From an uncultured Chloroflexia bacterium (GTDB lineage: Bacteria; Chloroflexota; Ktedonobacteria; Ktedonobacterales; JADMIN01), in the NCBI GenBank assembly GCA_963718915.1, contig CAVRAI010000015.1:330001-362000 (forward strand): DNA of 32,000 bases. Reading direction: 5' to 3'. This document shows, piece after piece, positions 14,950 to 25,307 of the stretch; positions within the stretch are counted from its first letter, which is position 1; the number at the start of each line of letters is the position of its first letter. The translations under genes and the position numbers were made by a program. Under the pieces are notes generated by a model. That model was not told the origin of the DNA and made no database searches. It saw nothing but the letters and a program-made list of their open reading frames with translations.

Positions 14950-15477
14950 ATGGGCAAGTACAAGCAATGGCTGCATCATCAGGAGATCGGCCGGCGCCTG
15001 CGTGATCAGATTAACACGCTGGAGCAGGAGCGCGCGCGTGTCCAGAAAATGGCGCCCGCGAAAACGACCTCCCTGCCAGACCTGGACAATCCAATTGTCA
15101 CGGCGCTGTTGAGCTATACCAGTTCAGGCAACAAGCTCAGCAACATTGACGTCATCAAGGCTGCGATGCCAGCACTGGATTCTGACCCGGACCAACGTCG
15201 GCCCGCGGTTAGCGCTCCAGCGGCGGCCTCTAGCGCAAAACGCGCTCCGGGGAGCGCCGCCACTCCGGTGGCCACGCCTCCCGCCGGGAATGAGGAAGTT
15301 GTTGCGAGTTTGCTGGCGCGGGCGGATCAGATGCCCAGTGATCCGATGGAGCAGATGCGCGAACTTTCGCGCGCGCGTGAGGCCAAAGCGCCTGGCGCTG
15401 CCTCCTCCACGGGGTCGGCGCAGTCCACCAGCGATTCAGTGTCTGGCTGGTGGCAACGTCAGCGGGATGAAGATTAG
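14950..15477 (+). CDS. hypothetical protein (N-terminal coiled-coil, Ala/Ser/Pro-rich remainder)
   Basis: Start chosen at MGKYKQWLHHQEIGRRLRDQINTLEQERARVQKM. The upstream in-frame sequence is Cys/Arg-rich and overlaps the promoter. 175 aa. Confidence 0.55.
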   Translation: MGKYKQWLHHQEIGRRLRDQINTLEQERARVQKMAPAKTTSLPDLDNPIVTALLSYTSSGNKLSNIDVIKAAMPALDSDPDQRRPAVSAPAAASSAKRAPGSAATPVATPPAGNEEVVASLLARADQMPSDPMEQMRELSRAREAKAPGAASSTGSAQSTSDSVSGWWQRQRDED

Positions 15478-15503
15478 GCTGAGAAGCGAAGGTTGTGGGA
15501 ACA

Positions 15504-16169
15504 ATGGCTTCCGATCCAACAGCGGTTACCAAGATTTATGAGCAAATCCCGCTCCAGGCGATGCAGCAGGTCTCAGAAAGCTACCTGTCCTGGTATGTGG
15601 AGCGCGTCACGAGCGAACTGGACCGGACGACGGCTGGCCTACGCTCGGAATTGCGGGAAAATGACGCGAAAGAGGCTTCGTTCCGGCCATCACCCAATGA
15701 GCTTGCCGCAATCGAGCGGTTGCAGCGCAGTGGCGTGACCGGGATGGATCTGCTCGACCGGATGGTTGAGCAGGGCGAAGACTGGCTGATGCTGACGATG
15801 CGTCGGCTCGATCACTTCGAGCGCACGGGCCTCGCCCCGAAAGACTACTCGACCTGGTGTGAGCATGCCCTTGGTGGAGCATACGACTGGATCGATCACG
15901 AGCGGCTCGCAACGTCGGGTTCGGCTCCGACACAGTCTGGCGCTCCGGCGCGTGGCGCGGCGAACGGAAATGCTGGCGGCAACTCAGCCGACTGGAATCG
16001 CAGCGGTGGCGCCGCGCCCCGTGGCGGTTACGCCGAGGAAAGCCCCACCGCGCCAGTGCCCAGCGTGAGCGGCGGCCAGGGCTGGAATCAGAACGGCCAG
16101 GGCGGCCAGCAGCAGCAGAACGAAGAGGACGGCAAGGGCCGCAACATCTTCCGTATCTTCACGAACTAG
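15504..16169 (+). CDS. hypothetical protein with Gly/Gln/Asn-rich C-terminal tail
   Basis: MASDPTAVTKIYEQIPLQAM... ending ...GGQGWNQNGQGGQQQQNEEDGKGRNIFRIFTN. A terminator follows. Confidence 0.6.
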   Translation: MASDPTAVTKIYEQIPLQAMQQVSESYLSWYVERVTSELDRTTAGLRSELRENDAKEASFRPSPNELAAIERLQRSGVTGMDLLDRMVEQGEDWLMLTMRRLDHFERTGLAPKDYSTWCEHALGGAYDWIDHERLATSGSAPTQSGAPARGAANGNAGGNSADWNRSGGAAPRGGYAEESPTAPVPSVSGGQGWNQNGQGGQQQQNEEDGKGRNIFRIFTN

Positions 16170-16200
16170 AACTAATTGCGCGATAGCAGCCCATGCTGTT

Positions 16201-16238
16201 TAGCCCGGTGGATTCTCCGCCGGGCTAGCTCTGTTTTC
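16201..16238 (+). terminator. rho-independent terminator
   Basis: The stem is TAGCCCGGTGG / CCGCCGGGCTA, 11 bp with one G-U pair, and the loop is ATTCT. It is followed by GCTCTGTTTTCC. Confidence 0.7.
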
Positions 16239-16500
16239 CCGAATAGGTTCGCACCTTGCGAGTCATACCTCCCGCCATTCACCTCTTGTTGTAGTAGCCG
16301 TTACCCTTCTCTGCATGCCGCATGCTCTTGGCATACAGATGGAGTCAGAGAGTAGCTTTATCACGTGTTTCTTCAGGCCGCTCATGATGACGCCTCTCTG
16401 CTAGATGCGTTACCCGCGTGCAAGCGGTACGTCTGATGTTACAAGCGATATGTTGTATCGCGGTGAGAGGTAAATGCGGAAGGGAACGAGGCGGACGACA

Positions 16501-16836
16501 ATGGGGTTTATGGATCGATACAAGCCGTGGGCATGTGACGAATGCGGGAAAAAGAACATCAGCGCGAATAAGCAGGCGTGCCCTGAGTGTTACGCTCCGC
16601 GGCCCGGCACTGAGGCAGCCGAAGCTGAGTTGGCAAATCGGCAGAAGGTACGCACCTATGAAGGTGAGAAGGATATGCAGGCGGGCATCAAGCGCATGGC
16701 AGCGCTGGGCTGGAAAGTGGAATCACAGTCTGCCTATCAGCCACGGGCCGGATTGGGACGTGTGGCGCTGCTGGGACTCGGCGCACTGGTGGTGAAGCCC
16801 AAAGCGAAATTCACGGTCATCTACGCGAAGGCGTAG
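16501..16836 (+). CDS. zinc-ribbon (RanBP2-like) protein with hydrophobic C-terminal segment
   Basis: MGFMDRYKPWACDECGKKNISANKQACPECYAPRPG (WxCxxC...N...CxxC), then GLGRVALLGLGALVV. Confidence 0.55.
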   Translation: MGFMDRYKPWACDECGKKNISANKQACPECYAPRPGTEAAEAELANRQKVRTYEGEKDMQAGIKRMAALGWKVESQSAYQPRAGLGRVALLGLGALVVKPKAKFTVIYAKA

Positions 16837-17020
16837 CTATCAAGAGGCAACCGCTAATGCCTCCGTTTGGCGTTGACGTTCGCCTTCTTTGCGGCTGCAT
16901 CATTGAGGATTGCCCCGCATTCCCAATCCAGTAGTTCAGTGGATGATAGATGCTGGAGCATGTTGGCCGCTCAAAAGGAGAGAGTGGCCGACTCAGTCAG
17001 GGCAAAAAGCGCCACAATCC

Positions 17021-18061
17021 TTAGCTATTCCACACTGGGGCGCCCGTGGAAAACACGATGCGTGTCCCGCGCAGCTTCCAGTCGAGCAGGCGGGAGCCTT
17101 GCACAGTGAAGGAGAGGACGTTGCCGAACGCGGTCACATCTGGCATCTCGTCGAAGACGAAGTTGCCGAGGCTGTAGATGATGGGCTTCCCGTGATACAT
17201 CTCGTACGGCTCGATGACATGTGGGTGCGCCCCCACGACGAGATCCGCCCCCGCATCGACGGCGAGCCGCGCCATATACTGCTGATGAGCATTCTCCTGG
17301 AGCACGTACTCAACGCCCCAATGGGTGAAGACGATCAAGAAGTCCACCTGCGAGCGTGCGGCGGCGATATCCTGTTTCATGGCGGTGGCTTCCAGCCAGG
17401 CATGACCAGGGGTGGTCGCGGTCGCGGCAAAGCTGGATGGTTCGATCTCACAATATGCCAGGATGCCAATCCTCGTAGTCCGCACCTGATAGGTCACCAG
17501 TCGGTGCGCCTCGGTGCGGTTCGCGCCGCCGCCGACAGGCGTGATACCATACGTAGGCAGGTGGGCCAACATGTCGCTGAAGGCGGCTTTCCCATAGTCG
17601 CCGCTGTGGTTGTTCGCCACCGAGACAATCTGGAAACCCGCCGCGCGCAGCCGCTCAAACGCCTGTAGCGGCGCCTCGAAGGTATACGTTTTGGGCTGGG
17701 GGCTGCCGAGCGTCGAGACGACGCACTCCAGATTGCCGATGCGCAGGTCGTGGCTCTTGAGCACGTCCGCGGTGTCGGCGAATGGGAAGAGGCTGTTACT
17801 GGCAGTGGTCTTGATGCGCGCGCCCACCGACCGCGCCATCATGATATCGCCCGTGATGGCCACGCTCACCGGTCGCGTATCCGCAGTAGGCGAAGGCACG
17901 ATGGTTGAGGTTGGTGTGGGTTTTGGTGGCTCGGAGTGTGCGGTGCTGAGGCCACAGCCCGCCAGCAGACCCACGCCAGCTACTCCCAGGCCCGCGCGCA
18001 GAAGGTCGCGCCGGGTGAGCGCTGGGTGATGAGGCGTCGTATTGTTGGGCTGTTTACGCAT
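17021..18061 (-). CDS. CapA/PgsA-family metallophosphoesterase-like lipoprotein
   Basis: A twin-arginine plus lipobox signal (TRRDLLRAGLGVAGVGLLAGC). PGA_cap-type motifs are present: ITGDIMMAR, GNLECV, ANNHSGDYG, FTHWGVEY, GAHPHV, YSLGNFVFD. Confidence 0.8.
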   Translation of the reverse strand: MRKQPNNTTPHHPALTRRDLLRAGLGVAGVGLLAGCGLSTAHSEPPKPTPTSTIVPSPTADTRPVSVAITGDIMMARSVGARIKTTASNSLFPFADTADVLKSHDLRIGNLECVVSTLGSPQPKTYTFEAPLQAFERLRAAGFQIVSVANNHSGDYGKAAFSDMLAHLPTYGITPVGGGANRTEAHRLVTYQVRTTRIGILAYCEIEPSSFAATATTPGHAWLEATAMKQDIAAARSQVDFLIVFTHWGVEYVLQENAHQQYMARLAVDAGADLVVGAHPHVIEPYEMYHGKPIIYSLGNFVFDEMPDVTAFGNVLSFTVQGSRLLDWKLRGTRIVFSTGAPVWNS

Positions 18062-18199
18062 GCGCCGAGTATAGTACACTGCCAGCAGCTGAGCGCGCTC
18101 AGTGGCACTTCTGTCTGGCGGCACGCTCTTTGCGCTCCTGGAAGGTGCTCTTCTGGATCACCTTTTGGCGGCTCTGAGTATTGACGGGAGGGGGACTCG

Positions 18200-19429
18200 G
18201 TGCAAGGCTCAATTCACGTCGGCTCGATTGCCGGGATGCGCATAGAAATCAACTATGGCTGGCTCATCATCCTCGTTCTCGCGACCATCTCCCTGGCCGC
18301 CGGATGGTTCCCAGCAGCTATTCCGGGCCTCGATCCGGGCGTGTACTATATCCTCGGATTCAGCGCGGCAATTCTGCTGTTTGTCTCGGTGCTGGCGCAT
18401 GAGTTGGCGCACATCCTGGTGGCCCACGCCTGTGGACTGCCCGTCAGAAGTGTCACGCTGTTCATCTTCGGCGGCGTTTCTGACCTCGAAAACGAGCCGC
18501 ACAGCGCGGGCACGGAGTTTTTGGTAGCAGCTATTGGGCCTGTCATCAGCCTTATCATCGGTACCGCATCCTGGCTCCTGGCGTTCCTGATGTCGGGGTA
18601 TAGCGCGCTGCCGGCAGCGATTCTGACCTATATAGGATTGGCCAATGTGCTGCTGGGGCTGCTCAATCTCATGCCCGGCTTCCCACTGGACGGGGGCCGC
18701 GTGTTGCGCTCGATCATCTGGAGGGTGACCGGCGACCTGCGCCGGTCCACGCATTGGACCGCGCGCCTTGGGCAGATCATCGCGCTTCTCGTCATCTTCT
18801 GGGGAATCGTGGAGGTCTTGCGTGGGAATCTCTTTAGCGGAGTCTGGCTCGGCTTCATAGGCTGGTCCGTGCTGACCGCCGCGCGTAGCGCCGATAGCTC
18901 GCTTGCCCTGGGAAAGTTGCTCCGCAACGCGCGTGTTGCGGATGCTATGCGGCCGGTGACGTTGAGCGCGTCGCCGAGCATGTCGCTGCGGGAGCTGGTG
19001 GAAGTCTTGCTGCCGCCGGGCGTGCGAACGGCGCCAGTGGTGCAGCGGGAGCAGGTGATTGGGCTGATTACGCTGGCCGATGTGGAGCGGATCCCTCGAA
19101 GCCACTGGGACGATATGCCGGTTGGTAATGTCATGATTCCGCTGGCGCGCCTGCGTGCCATTGCCCCTGAGGAGAGCCTGAACGCCGTGCTGCCGCTGGT
19201 GTCTGGCCGGGGGGATATGAACCAGTTGCCGGTCGCACAGTATGGGCGTGTCGTCGGTATCATCAGTCGCGAGGCGATCATGAGCTATGCGGAGGCGGAG
19301 GCTCGCCACAGCCCGGCGGTACCGGAACGCAGAACGTGGGAGGACGACAGTCGGCGCGAGATGGATCGGATAACGGCCCCGCTGCCCGCCCAGGCCCAGG
19401 ATACCATGGACCGCCACGAGCACAGGTAA
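18200..19429 (+). CDS. site-2 protease family (M50) zinc metalloprotease with tandem CBS domains
   Basis: GTG start after GGGAGGGGG. It has HELAHILVAH (HExxH) and NLMPGFPLDGGRVL. The body has multiple TM helices and the C-terminus is CBS-like (VADAMRPV..., GLITLADV..., VVGIISREAI). Confidence 0.85.
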   Translation: MQGSIHVGSIAGMRIEINYGWLIILVLATISLAAGWFPAAIPGLDPGVYYILGFSAAILLFVSVLAHELAHILVAHACGLPVRSVTLFIFGGVSDLENEPHSAGTEFLVAAIGPVISLIIGTASWLLAFLMSGYSALPAAILTYIGLANVLLGLLNLMPGFPLDGGRVLRSIIWRVTGDLRRSTHWTARLGQIIALLVIFWGIVEVLRGNLFSGVWLGFIGWSVLTAARSADSSLALGKLLRNARVADAMRPVTLSASPSMSLRELVEVLLPPGVRTAPVVQREQVIGLITLADVERIPRSHWDDMPVGNVMIPLARLRAIAPEESLNAVLPLVSGRGDMNQLPVAQYGRVVGIISREAIMSYAEAEARHSPAVPERRTWEDDSRREMDRITAPLPAQAQDTMDRHEHR

Positions 19430-19490
19430 TACGATTCATGACGTTACCTGACACGGGCTACAGATGTTTGGCAGCATCATGCGCAATGCA

Positions 19491-19523
19491 ACGAAAAGAG
19501 CCGCGGCGGCTGGCCACGGCTCT
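19491..19523 (-). terminator. candidate terminator downstream of the Dabb gene
   Basis: The stem is AGAGCCG (19497-19503) / CGGCTCT (19517-19523). On the minus strand it is followed by TTTTCG. Confidence 0.45.
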
Positions 19524-19557
19524 CGTCATGCATCTATTGCCTGAAGCACGATGAATC

Positions 19558-19863
19558 TCAGCTTGTTTGATGCTCCGACCCAACCAGGTAGCTGCCTGCC
19601 GCCGAGGACTCCGCCATGCGGCTCACTTGCTGCACAGCGCGCCTGTGCTGTGGATGGCGCGTGAAGCGCTGGAGGGCCATCTCGTCCGACACCTCCACTA
19701 CCAGCATCGCGTGACGGTAAGCGGGCGCGTTGTTGACGCCGTAGAGCACGCGCTCTACCCCGGAGATGCTCATGAGCAGTTCACGTACCTCACCCAGCGT
19801 GCGATCAATCACCTCACGGGTAATTTCCGGCTTAATGCGCAGGATGACCTCATGCCGAATCAT
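19558..19863 (-). CDS. Dabb (stress-responsive alpha/beta barrel) domain protein
   Basis: MIRHEVILRIKPEITREVIDRTLGEVRELLMSISGVERVLYGVN... is the typical Dabb pattern, at 101 aa. Confidence 0.7.
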   Translation of the reverse strand: MIRHEVILRIKPEITREVIDRTLGEVRELLMSISGVERVLYGVNNAPAYRHAMLVVEVSDEMALQRFTRHPQHRRAVQQVSRMAESSAAGSYLVGSEHQTS

Positions 19864-19964
19864 GGAAACGTTCAGCCCTTCTGTATAACAACACGTAACA
19901 CGAAAACGACGAGTTCAGAGAGAGTATATCCCACAATTCCCGCTGGTCGCAAAGGATTTGCGAT

Positions 19965-20008
19965 CAAAAGGACGAATCCCCTTCGCCAATGAGCGGAGAA
20001 GGGGATTC
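19965..20008 (-). terminator. rho-independent terminator of gyrA
   Basis: An 11-bp perfect stem, GAATCCCCTTC (19974-19984) / GAAGGGGATTC (19998-20008), with a 13-nt loop. It starts 16 nt after the gyrA stop and is followed on the minus strand by GTCCTTTTGAT. Confidence 0.7.
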
Positions 20009-20023
20009 ATCGTCGGCGGGCGG

Positions 20024-22522
20024 CTATTTCCCGCTGGTATCCGTATCATCCTCATCGCCATTGCCGTCCCACATCGAGAGAGGCATGACCTCGTCTTCGT
20101 CGCCCTTCATCGTCGTAATGGCGACGACACGATCACCCGCTCCGCCCATGTTCATCAGCCGCACACCCTGGGTGGGGCGGCCACTCTGGGCCACCGTGTG
20201 CCAGTCGGTGCGGATGACGGTGCCCTCGGCGGAGACGATCATCAGGTCGCGATCCTCCTCGGTAAGGATGCGCGCCGCCGCCAGTTTGCCAGTCTTCTCG
20301 GTCAACCGCGCGGTGATGATGCCGCCGCCGCCACGTCCATGCGTCGGATACTCGCCGACTGGTGTACGTTTGCCGTAGCCTCTGGTGGTGACGACGAGCA
20401 ACTCGGCGTCTGGGATGATGGCGCAGAGCGAGACGACGTTATCTGTCTCATCCAGGCGGATGCCACGCACGCCGCCACTTGTGCGTGACGCCGACCGCAG
20501 CTCCTGCACCTCGAAGCGGATCGCCTGGCCGTGCTCGGTGGCCAGCAACACCTGATCGTCCGCGCCAACCAGTCGCGCGCCAATCAGCTCGTCGCCCGGC
20601 TCAAGATCCATCGCGATCAGGCCAAGGCTGCGCACGACGGCGAATTCGTCGAGGCTGGTCTTCTTGACCTCGCCGCGTCGGGTCGCCATCACCATGTAGT
20701 CACGCGCGATGAACTTCGGCACGCTGACGACGGCGGTGACGGTCTCGTTCTGATCGATGCCGATCAGGTTGCGGATATGCTCGCCCTTGGCGGTGCGCCC
20801 GACATCAGGCAGCCCGTAGGCCTTGAGCTGGAAGACACGTCCGCGGTTGGTGAAGAAGAGCAGCGAATCGTGCGCGCGTACGGCCAGCAGGTGGCCCACG
20901 GCGTCGTCTTCGTGCGTCGTCATGCCGCGACTGCCACGCCCGCCACGCCGCTGCGCGCGATACTGGCCGGTGGCCATGCGCTTGACGTAGCCGTTCTGCG
21001 TCAGCATGACAACGACTTCATCGTTGGGGATGAGGTCTTCTTCGGTGAAGTCGGTGGCCTCGGTATCGACGATCTCGGTGCGTCGCGGATCGCCATACTT
21101 CTCCTTCAGGTCGGCTAGGTCCTCTTTGATGAGCGCGCGAATCTCGGTGATATTGGCAAGAATTTTCTGCAAGTGTGAGATGGTCTTCTTGACCTCGCCC
21201 AGTTCGTCCAGGATGCGGCGGCGCTCGAGCGCGGCCAGTCGTCCAAGCTGCATATCGAGGATGGCCTTCGCCTGCTCCTCGCTGAGCTTGAAGCGTGTCT
21301 GCAGGTTGCTCGATGCGGTCTCACGGTTCTGTGACCGGCGGATCGTCTCGATGACGGCATCAAGGTTGTCTAGCGCGGTCGTCAGGCCTTCGAGAATATG
21401 CTGGCGTGCCTCGGCCTTCGCCAGATCGAATTTCGCGCGCCGGGTGATGACCTGCTCGCGGTAGTTGATGTAGTGTTGCAGAATCTGCTTGACCGTCAGG
21501 GTGCGCGGCTGGTTATCCACCAGCGCCAGCACGTTCGCGCCAAAGGTGGTCTGCATCGCGGTAAACTTGAAAAGCTGGTTGAGCACCGAGAGATGGCGCG
21601 CGTCACGGCGTAGCTCGATGACGACGCGGATGCCCTGGCGGTCGGATTCATCGGAGACGCCGGTAATGCCATCGATCTTCTTGTCGCGCGCTAGTTCGCT
21701 GATTTTGCGCACCAGTTCGGCTTTGTTGACCTGATAGGGCAACTCCGTCACGATGATGGCGATGCGTCCGCGCTCGTTCTCTTCGGTATGCACCTTCGCC
21801 CGCACGATGATACGGCCACGGCCAGTGGTGTAGGCGCTACGAATGCCCTCGCGTCCCTGGATGATGCCACCGGTGGGGAAGTCTGGCCCGCGAATGATGT
21901 GGCTCAGGTCTTCAGTGGTGGCGTCGGTGTGGTCGATCAGGTAGACGATGCCATCGCAGATCTCGCGCAGGTTGTGCGGTGGGATGTTGGTGGCCATGCC
22001 GACGGCGATGCCCGCCGCGCCGTTGAGCAGCAGGTTGGGCAGGCGCGCTGGCAAAACCACTGGCTCTTCGCTGTGGCCGTCGTAGTTGGGCCTGAAGTCT
22101 ACGGTGTCGCGGTCGATGTCGGCCAGTAGTTCGTTAGAGATGGCCGCCATCTTTGCCTCAGTGTATCTCATCGCGGCTGCTGGATCATCATCGACAGATC
22201 CGAAATTTCCCTGCCCCATGACCAGCGGGTAGCGCAAATTCCAGGGCTGCGCCATGCGGACGAGAGTATCATAGACGGCGACATCGCCGTGGGGATGGTA
22301 TTCTTTCAATACTTCGCCGACGATACCGGCGCATTTACGAAACGATTTATTCGACTGAAGCCCCATCCGCTCCATCGCGTAGAGCACGCGACGATGCACC
22401 GGCTTCAGGCCATCACGCACATCAGGGAGCGCGCGACTGACGATGACGCTCATCGAATAGTCCAGATAGGCGCCCGTCATCTGCTCGACGATGCCTACTG
22501 GCTTGACAATGCCAAGTTCCAT
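20024..22522 (-). CDS. gyrA: DNA gyrase subunit A
   Basis: [38 protein letters not shown] and the active-site region AAMRYTE are present. A GyrA-box ([10 protein letters not shown]) is present, and the C-terminal domain is repetitive. I preferred the start at ATG 22522 (GGGAGG upstream); the ORF track's GTG at 22561 is possible. Confidence 0.95.
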   Translation of the reverse strand: MELGIVKPVGIVEQMTGAYLDYSMSVIVSRALPDVRDGLKPVHRRVLYAMERMGLQSNKSFRKCAGIVGEVLKEYHPHGDVAVYDTLVRMAQPWNLRYPLVMGQGNFGSVDDDPAAAMRYTEAKMAAISNELLADIDRDTVDFRPNYDGHSEEPVVLPARLPNLLLNGAAGIAVGMATNIPPHNLREICDGIVYLIDHTDATTEDLSHIIRGPDFPTGGIIQGREGIRSAYTTGRGRIIVRAKVHTEENERGRIAIIVTELPYQVNKAELVRKISELARDKKIDGITGVSDESDRQGIRVVIELRRDARHLSVLNQLFKFTAMQTTFGANVLALVDNQPRTLTVKQILQHYINYREQVITRRAKFDLAKAEARQHILEGLTTALDNLDAVIETIRRSQNRETASSNLQTRFKLSEEQAKAILDMQLGRLAALERRRILDELGEVKKTISHLQKILANITEIRALIKEDLADLKEKYGDPRRTEIVDTEATDFTEEDLIPNDEVVVMLTQNGYVKRMATGQYRAQRRGGRGSRGMTTHEDDAVGHLLAVRAHDSLLFFTNRGRVFQLKAYGLPDVGRTAKGEHIRNLIGIDQNETVTAVVSVPKFIARDYMVMATRRGEVKKTSLDEFAVVRSLGLIAMDLEPGDELIGARLVGADDQVLLATEHGQAIRFEVQELRSASRTSGGVRGIRLDETDNVVSLCAIIPDAELLVVTTRGYGKRTPVGEYPTHGRGGGGIITARLTEKTGKLAAARILTEEDRDLMIVSAEGTVIRTDWHTVAQSGRPTQGVRLMNMGGAGDRVVAITTMKGDEDEVMPLSMWDGNGDEDDTDTSGK

Positions 22523-22817
22523 AGAACTAACTGACCTCCCAACACCAGATGGATTATCCACTGCTTTAACGCACTTTAGTCATCTATTCTTCCGCGGAGG
22601 CGGTAAAATGGATACACCGCAATGTTCCGACGACCGGCGAAAGCACATTTCGAATGTAGTGAAAAGCCGGTCTGAATTAACTCTCCCTGAATGGAGTGTC
22701 AGTGTGGAACACATCCTGTTCATTATATCATATAGAAGCCCTGAGGCCGCTTCATATCTGACCTTTCAGCTATCCTGAGGTGTGTAGTGCGGCGCGAGTA
22801 GAAGAGGATGGTCGAGC

Positions 22818-24101
22818 ATGTCGGATGACCCAAAACGTGGCGTGACCGTCGTAGAGAGTGCACAGGATGTCGGCCAGGGAATCAACTGGACGCGTGCGCG
22901 CGATATTCCCTTTGCCATTCTTGGGTGGGCGCTGGTTCTTTTCGTCGCCTTCTGGGGGGCGGGCCATATCATCGGCACGTTGCTAGTACTGGCGATTGCG
23001 GCGCTGATCGCCTACGCGCTTGCCCCGATAGTAGCGCTGTTGCGGCGCTGGTTGCCCTGGCCCATCGCCATCGCCATCGTCTACCTCATCTTCGTGGGAT
23101 TGCTGCTGCTGCTGATAAGCGTCATTGTTGATACCGCTATACAGCAGACGAAACCACTCACAACTCTCATCGAGTCCCTCCTCACTCCAGGCTCCAGCAG
23201 CAACTTGCAACTGGTTGACCTGCAACACCAGCTTGGGATCACCAACCAGCAACTCATCGATGTTCGCAATGCTCTTATTGGCCCGCTCACCGATATCGCG
23301 AAGAATATCATTCCCGTCGTCACAGGCGTGGCTGGTGGGTTGATCAACATCATCGTGACGTTCATCATCAGCATCTATTTCGTCGCCAACGCGCCACGAG
23401 TCGGCATTTGGCTGCGCACTGGCCTGCCGATACGGATTCGCCCACGCGCCGTCTTCATCCTCGACACCACCAATCGTGTCATCGGTGGCTACATTCGTGG
23501 CCAACTGACGCTCTCGACGCTGGTGGGCGTTCTCGTCGGGGTGAGTATGTACGCGCTGGCCATCCCCTATGCCATCTTGCTAGGGCTGCTAGCCTTCGTG
23601 CTGGAGTTCATACCCTTCCTGGGAGTGCTCATCTCTGGCGCGACCTGTGTGCTCGTCGCGCTGACACAAGGGGTCGTCAAGGCGTTGATCGTGCTGGCCG
23701 TCTTCGTCATCATCCATGTCATCGAAGGTGATGTCGTCGGCCCGCGCATCGTCGGTTCAGCCGTTGGACTGCACCCCGCCATCTCGATCATCGCGCTGAT
23801 CGCGGGCGCGGAACTCTTTGGCCTCTGGGGCGCGCTCTTTGCCGCGCCGATTGCCGGTGTGGTTCAGGCGGTGACCGTCGCTTTCTGGCGCGAGTGGAAG
23901 CTTGCCCATCCAGAACAGTTCCCCACTGGCTCAACGGTCTCGTATGACCTTGCCGTTGTTCCCGTCGCGACGGAGCCGGATGACCGTCCTCCCATCAATG
24001 GATCACCAGGAGGCGGAAGTTCGAGTGAGCCGAGTGGGGTTGGTGGCGCATCACGTGACGAGCCGGATACCGACCCATCGCACGCGACATCCGCGCCGTA
24101 A
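22818..24101 (+). CDS. AI-2E family (PerM/UPF0118) transporter
   Basis: A multi-pass membrane protein with the family's conserved C-terminal core: LLGLLAFVLEFIPFLGVLISG..., VIEGDVVGPRIVGSAVGLHP..., LFGLWGALFAAPIAGV. Confidence 0.8.
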   Translation: MSDDPKRGVTVVESAQDVGQGINWTRARDIPFAILGWALVLFVAFWGAGHIIGTLLVLAIAALIAYALAPIVALLRRWLPWPIAIAIVYLIFVGLLLLLISVIVDTAIQQTKPLTTLIESLLTPGSSSNLQLVDLQHQLGITNQQLIDVRNALIGPLTDIAKNIIPVVTGVAGGLINIIVTFIISIYFVANAPRVGIWLRTGLPIRIRPRAVFILDTTNRVIGGYIRGQLTLSTLVGVLVGVSMYALAIPYAILLGLLAFVLEFIPFLGVLISGATCVLVALTQGVVKALIVLAVFVIIHVIEGDVVGPRIVGSAVGLHPAISIIALIAGAELFGLWGALFAAPIAGVVQAVTVAFWREWKLAHPEQFPTGSTVSYDLAVVPVATEPDDRPPINGSPGGGSSSEPSGVGGASRDEPDTDPSHATSAP

Positions 24102-24128
24102 CTGCGCCATAGCAACCTGGCAATCCTC

Positions 24129-25016
24129 CTATCGCGCCAGGAAGCCAACGATGACCTGCGCCAGGTCTTCGCCGCGATCCTCTTGCAGGAAGTGGCCCGC
24201 GCCGCTCATCGTCGTGTGGGGTTGTCCCTGCGTGCCGGGCACGGTCTCCTGGAAGTAGCGCGCCCCGCCTCGGGTGATGGGGTCGCGGTCGCTGAACGTG
24301 CAGAGGAACGGCTTCTGCCAGCGCCGCAAGACCTCCCATGCCGCGCGATTGGCCGGGGCGGCGGGATCATCGGGCGCGATAGGCACGATCATCGGAAACT
24401 GGCGCGCGCCCGCCAGGTAGCGCTCGTCGGGGAATGGCGCATCGTAGGCGGCAACCACCGCGTCGGGCAGTTCGCTCGTGCAGCCACCCTTGACGATCTC
24501 GCCCGCGCGGAAGTCTGGCGTCTCCTGCGATATCTGCTGCCAGCGGAGGAAGGCGCGCCCCGGCGGAATGTCGCCCGTCGGCAGGAAGGTATTCGCCGCG
24601 ATGATTCGGGCGAAACGCTCCTCGTTTTCCGCCGCCAACCGCAGGCCAATCAGCCCCCCCCAATCCTGGCCGAAGAGTGTCACGTCGCGCAGATCCAGCC
24701 CGGTGAGCGCCCCGGTCATCCAGTCCATATGCCGCTGGTAGGTGTAGTCCTCACGCGCGGCGGGCTTATCGGAGCGCCCAAAGCCGACAAGGTCGGGCGC
24801 AATGACTCGATGGCCAGCGGCGGTGAGTATTGGAATCATCTTGCGGTAGAGAAACGACCACGACGGCTCGCCGTGCATCAGCAGCACCGGCGGAGCGTCC
24901 GCTGGTCCCTCATCCAGATAGTGGATACGGACGCCATCCACGTCGATATAGTGCGGCGCGAATGGATAGTCTGGCAGGTTGGCGAAGCGCTCATCGGGCG
25001 TGCGCAGAATCTCCAC
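24129..25016 (-). CDS. haloalkane dehalogenase-like alpha/beta hydrolase (DhlA-type)
   Basis: RTPDERFANLPDYPFAPHY..., HGEPSWSFLYRKMIP, VGFGRSDKP and GQDWGG (nucleophile Asp) track my recollection of Xanthobacter DhlA closely. I preferred the GTG start at 25016 (GGAGA 7 nt upstream); the ORF is open to ATG 25091. Confidence 0.8.
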   Translation of the reverse strand: MEILRTPDERFANLPDYPFAPHYIDVDGVRIHYLDEGPADAPPVLLMHGEPSWSFLYRKMIPILTAAGHRVIAPDLVGFGRSDKPAAREDYTYQRHMDWMTGALTGLDLRDVTLFGQDWGGLIGLRLAAENEERFARIIAANTFLPTGDIPPGRAFLRWQQISQETPDFRAGEIVKGGCTSELPDAVVAAYDAPFPDERYLAGARQFPMIVPIAPDDPAAPANRAAWEVLRRWQKPFLCTFSDRDPITRGGARYFQETVPGTQGQPHTTMSGAGHFLQEDRGEDLAQVIVGFLAR

Positions 25017-25221
25017 GGTCTTTTCTCCCCGGCAGATGCCATCAAGCTGAAACGCCCAACTCCTGGGCGTCGTTCGGTGTGGGTGCAGCATACAACAGCC
25101 GGACAGGCGAACGTGCCACTTCCCAATGTGCGGGAGGGTGGCTGTGATATCTCCAGGGGGATGTTACTTTTCGGGGGAGTGTGCCGGAGCCCGAAGGCCC
25201 CGGCGAATGGGAGAGGAAATT

Positions 25222-25245
25222 CGCCGTAGCGTTCACGCTACGGCG
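25222..25245 (-). terminator. hairpin downstream of the FAD-oxidase gene (weak terminator candidate)
   Basis: A 10-bp perfect stem, CGCCGTAGCG / CGCTACGGCG, with loop TTCA. Only a short T-run (AATTTCC) follows on the minus strand. Confidence 0.35.
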
Positions 25246-25307
25246 TGCGCCGCACAAATACCAGCGTCCCAGCCGGATTCGCTATGAGTGGCCAGGGATG
25301 GAGGCTC

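Noticed and set aside
16241-16260. GGTTCGCACC resembling a tRNA T-loop
   Set aside because: The flanking sequence gives no acceptor, D or anticodon stems. I found no tRNA-like cloverleaf here or in any other intergenic region I inspected.
18209-19423. 404-aa minus-strand ORF
   Set aside because: It is antisense to the M50/CBS protease gene. The composition is extremely Arg/Gln/His/Asp-rich with no motif, so it is a shadow ORF.
20531-21118. 195-aa plus-strand ORF, plus several others inside 20024-22561
   Set aside because: All are antisense to gyrA.
22562-22817. AT-rich gyrA / AI-2E intergenic region as a possible foreign insertion or ncRNA
   Set aside because: Its size and AT-richness fit an ordinary divergent promoter region. 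It has several TATA-like boxes but no repeats, hairpins or ORFs.
24183-25229. 348-aa plus-strand ORF
   Set aside because: It is antisense to the DhlA-like dehalogenase. The composition is Arg/Gly-rich and implausible.
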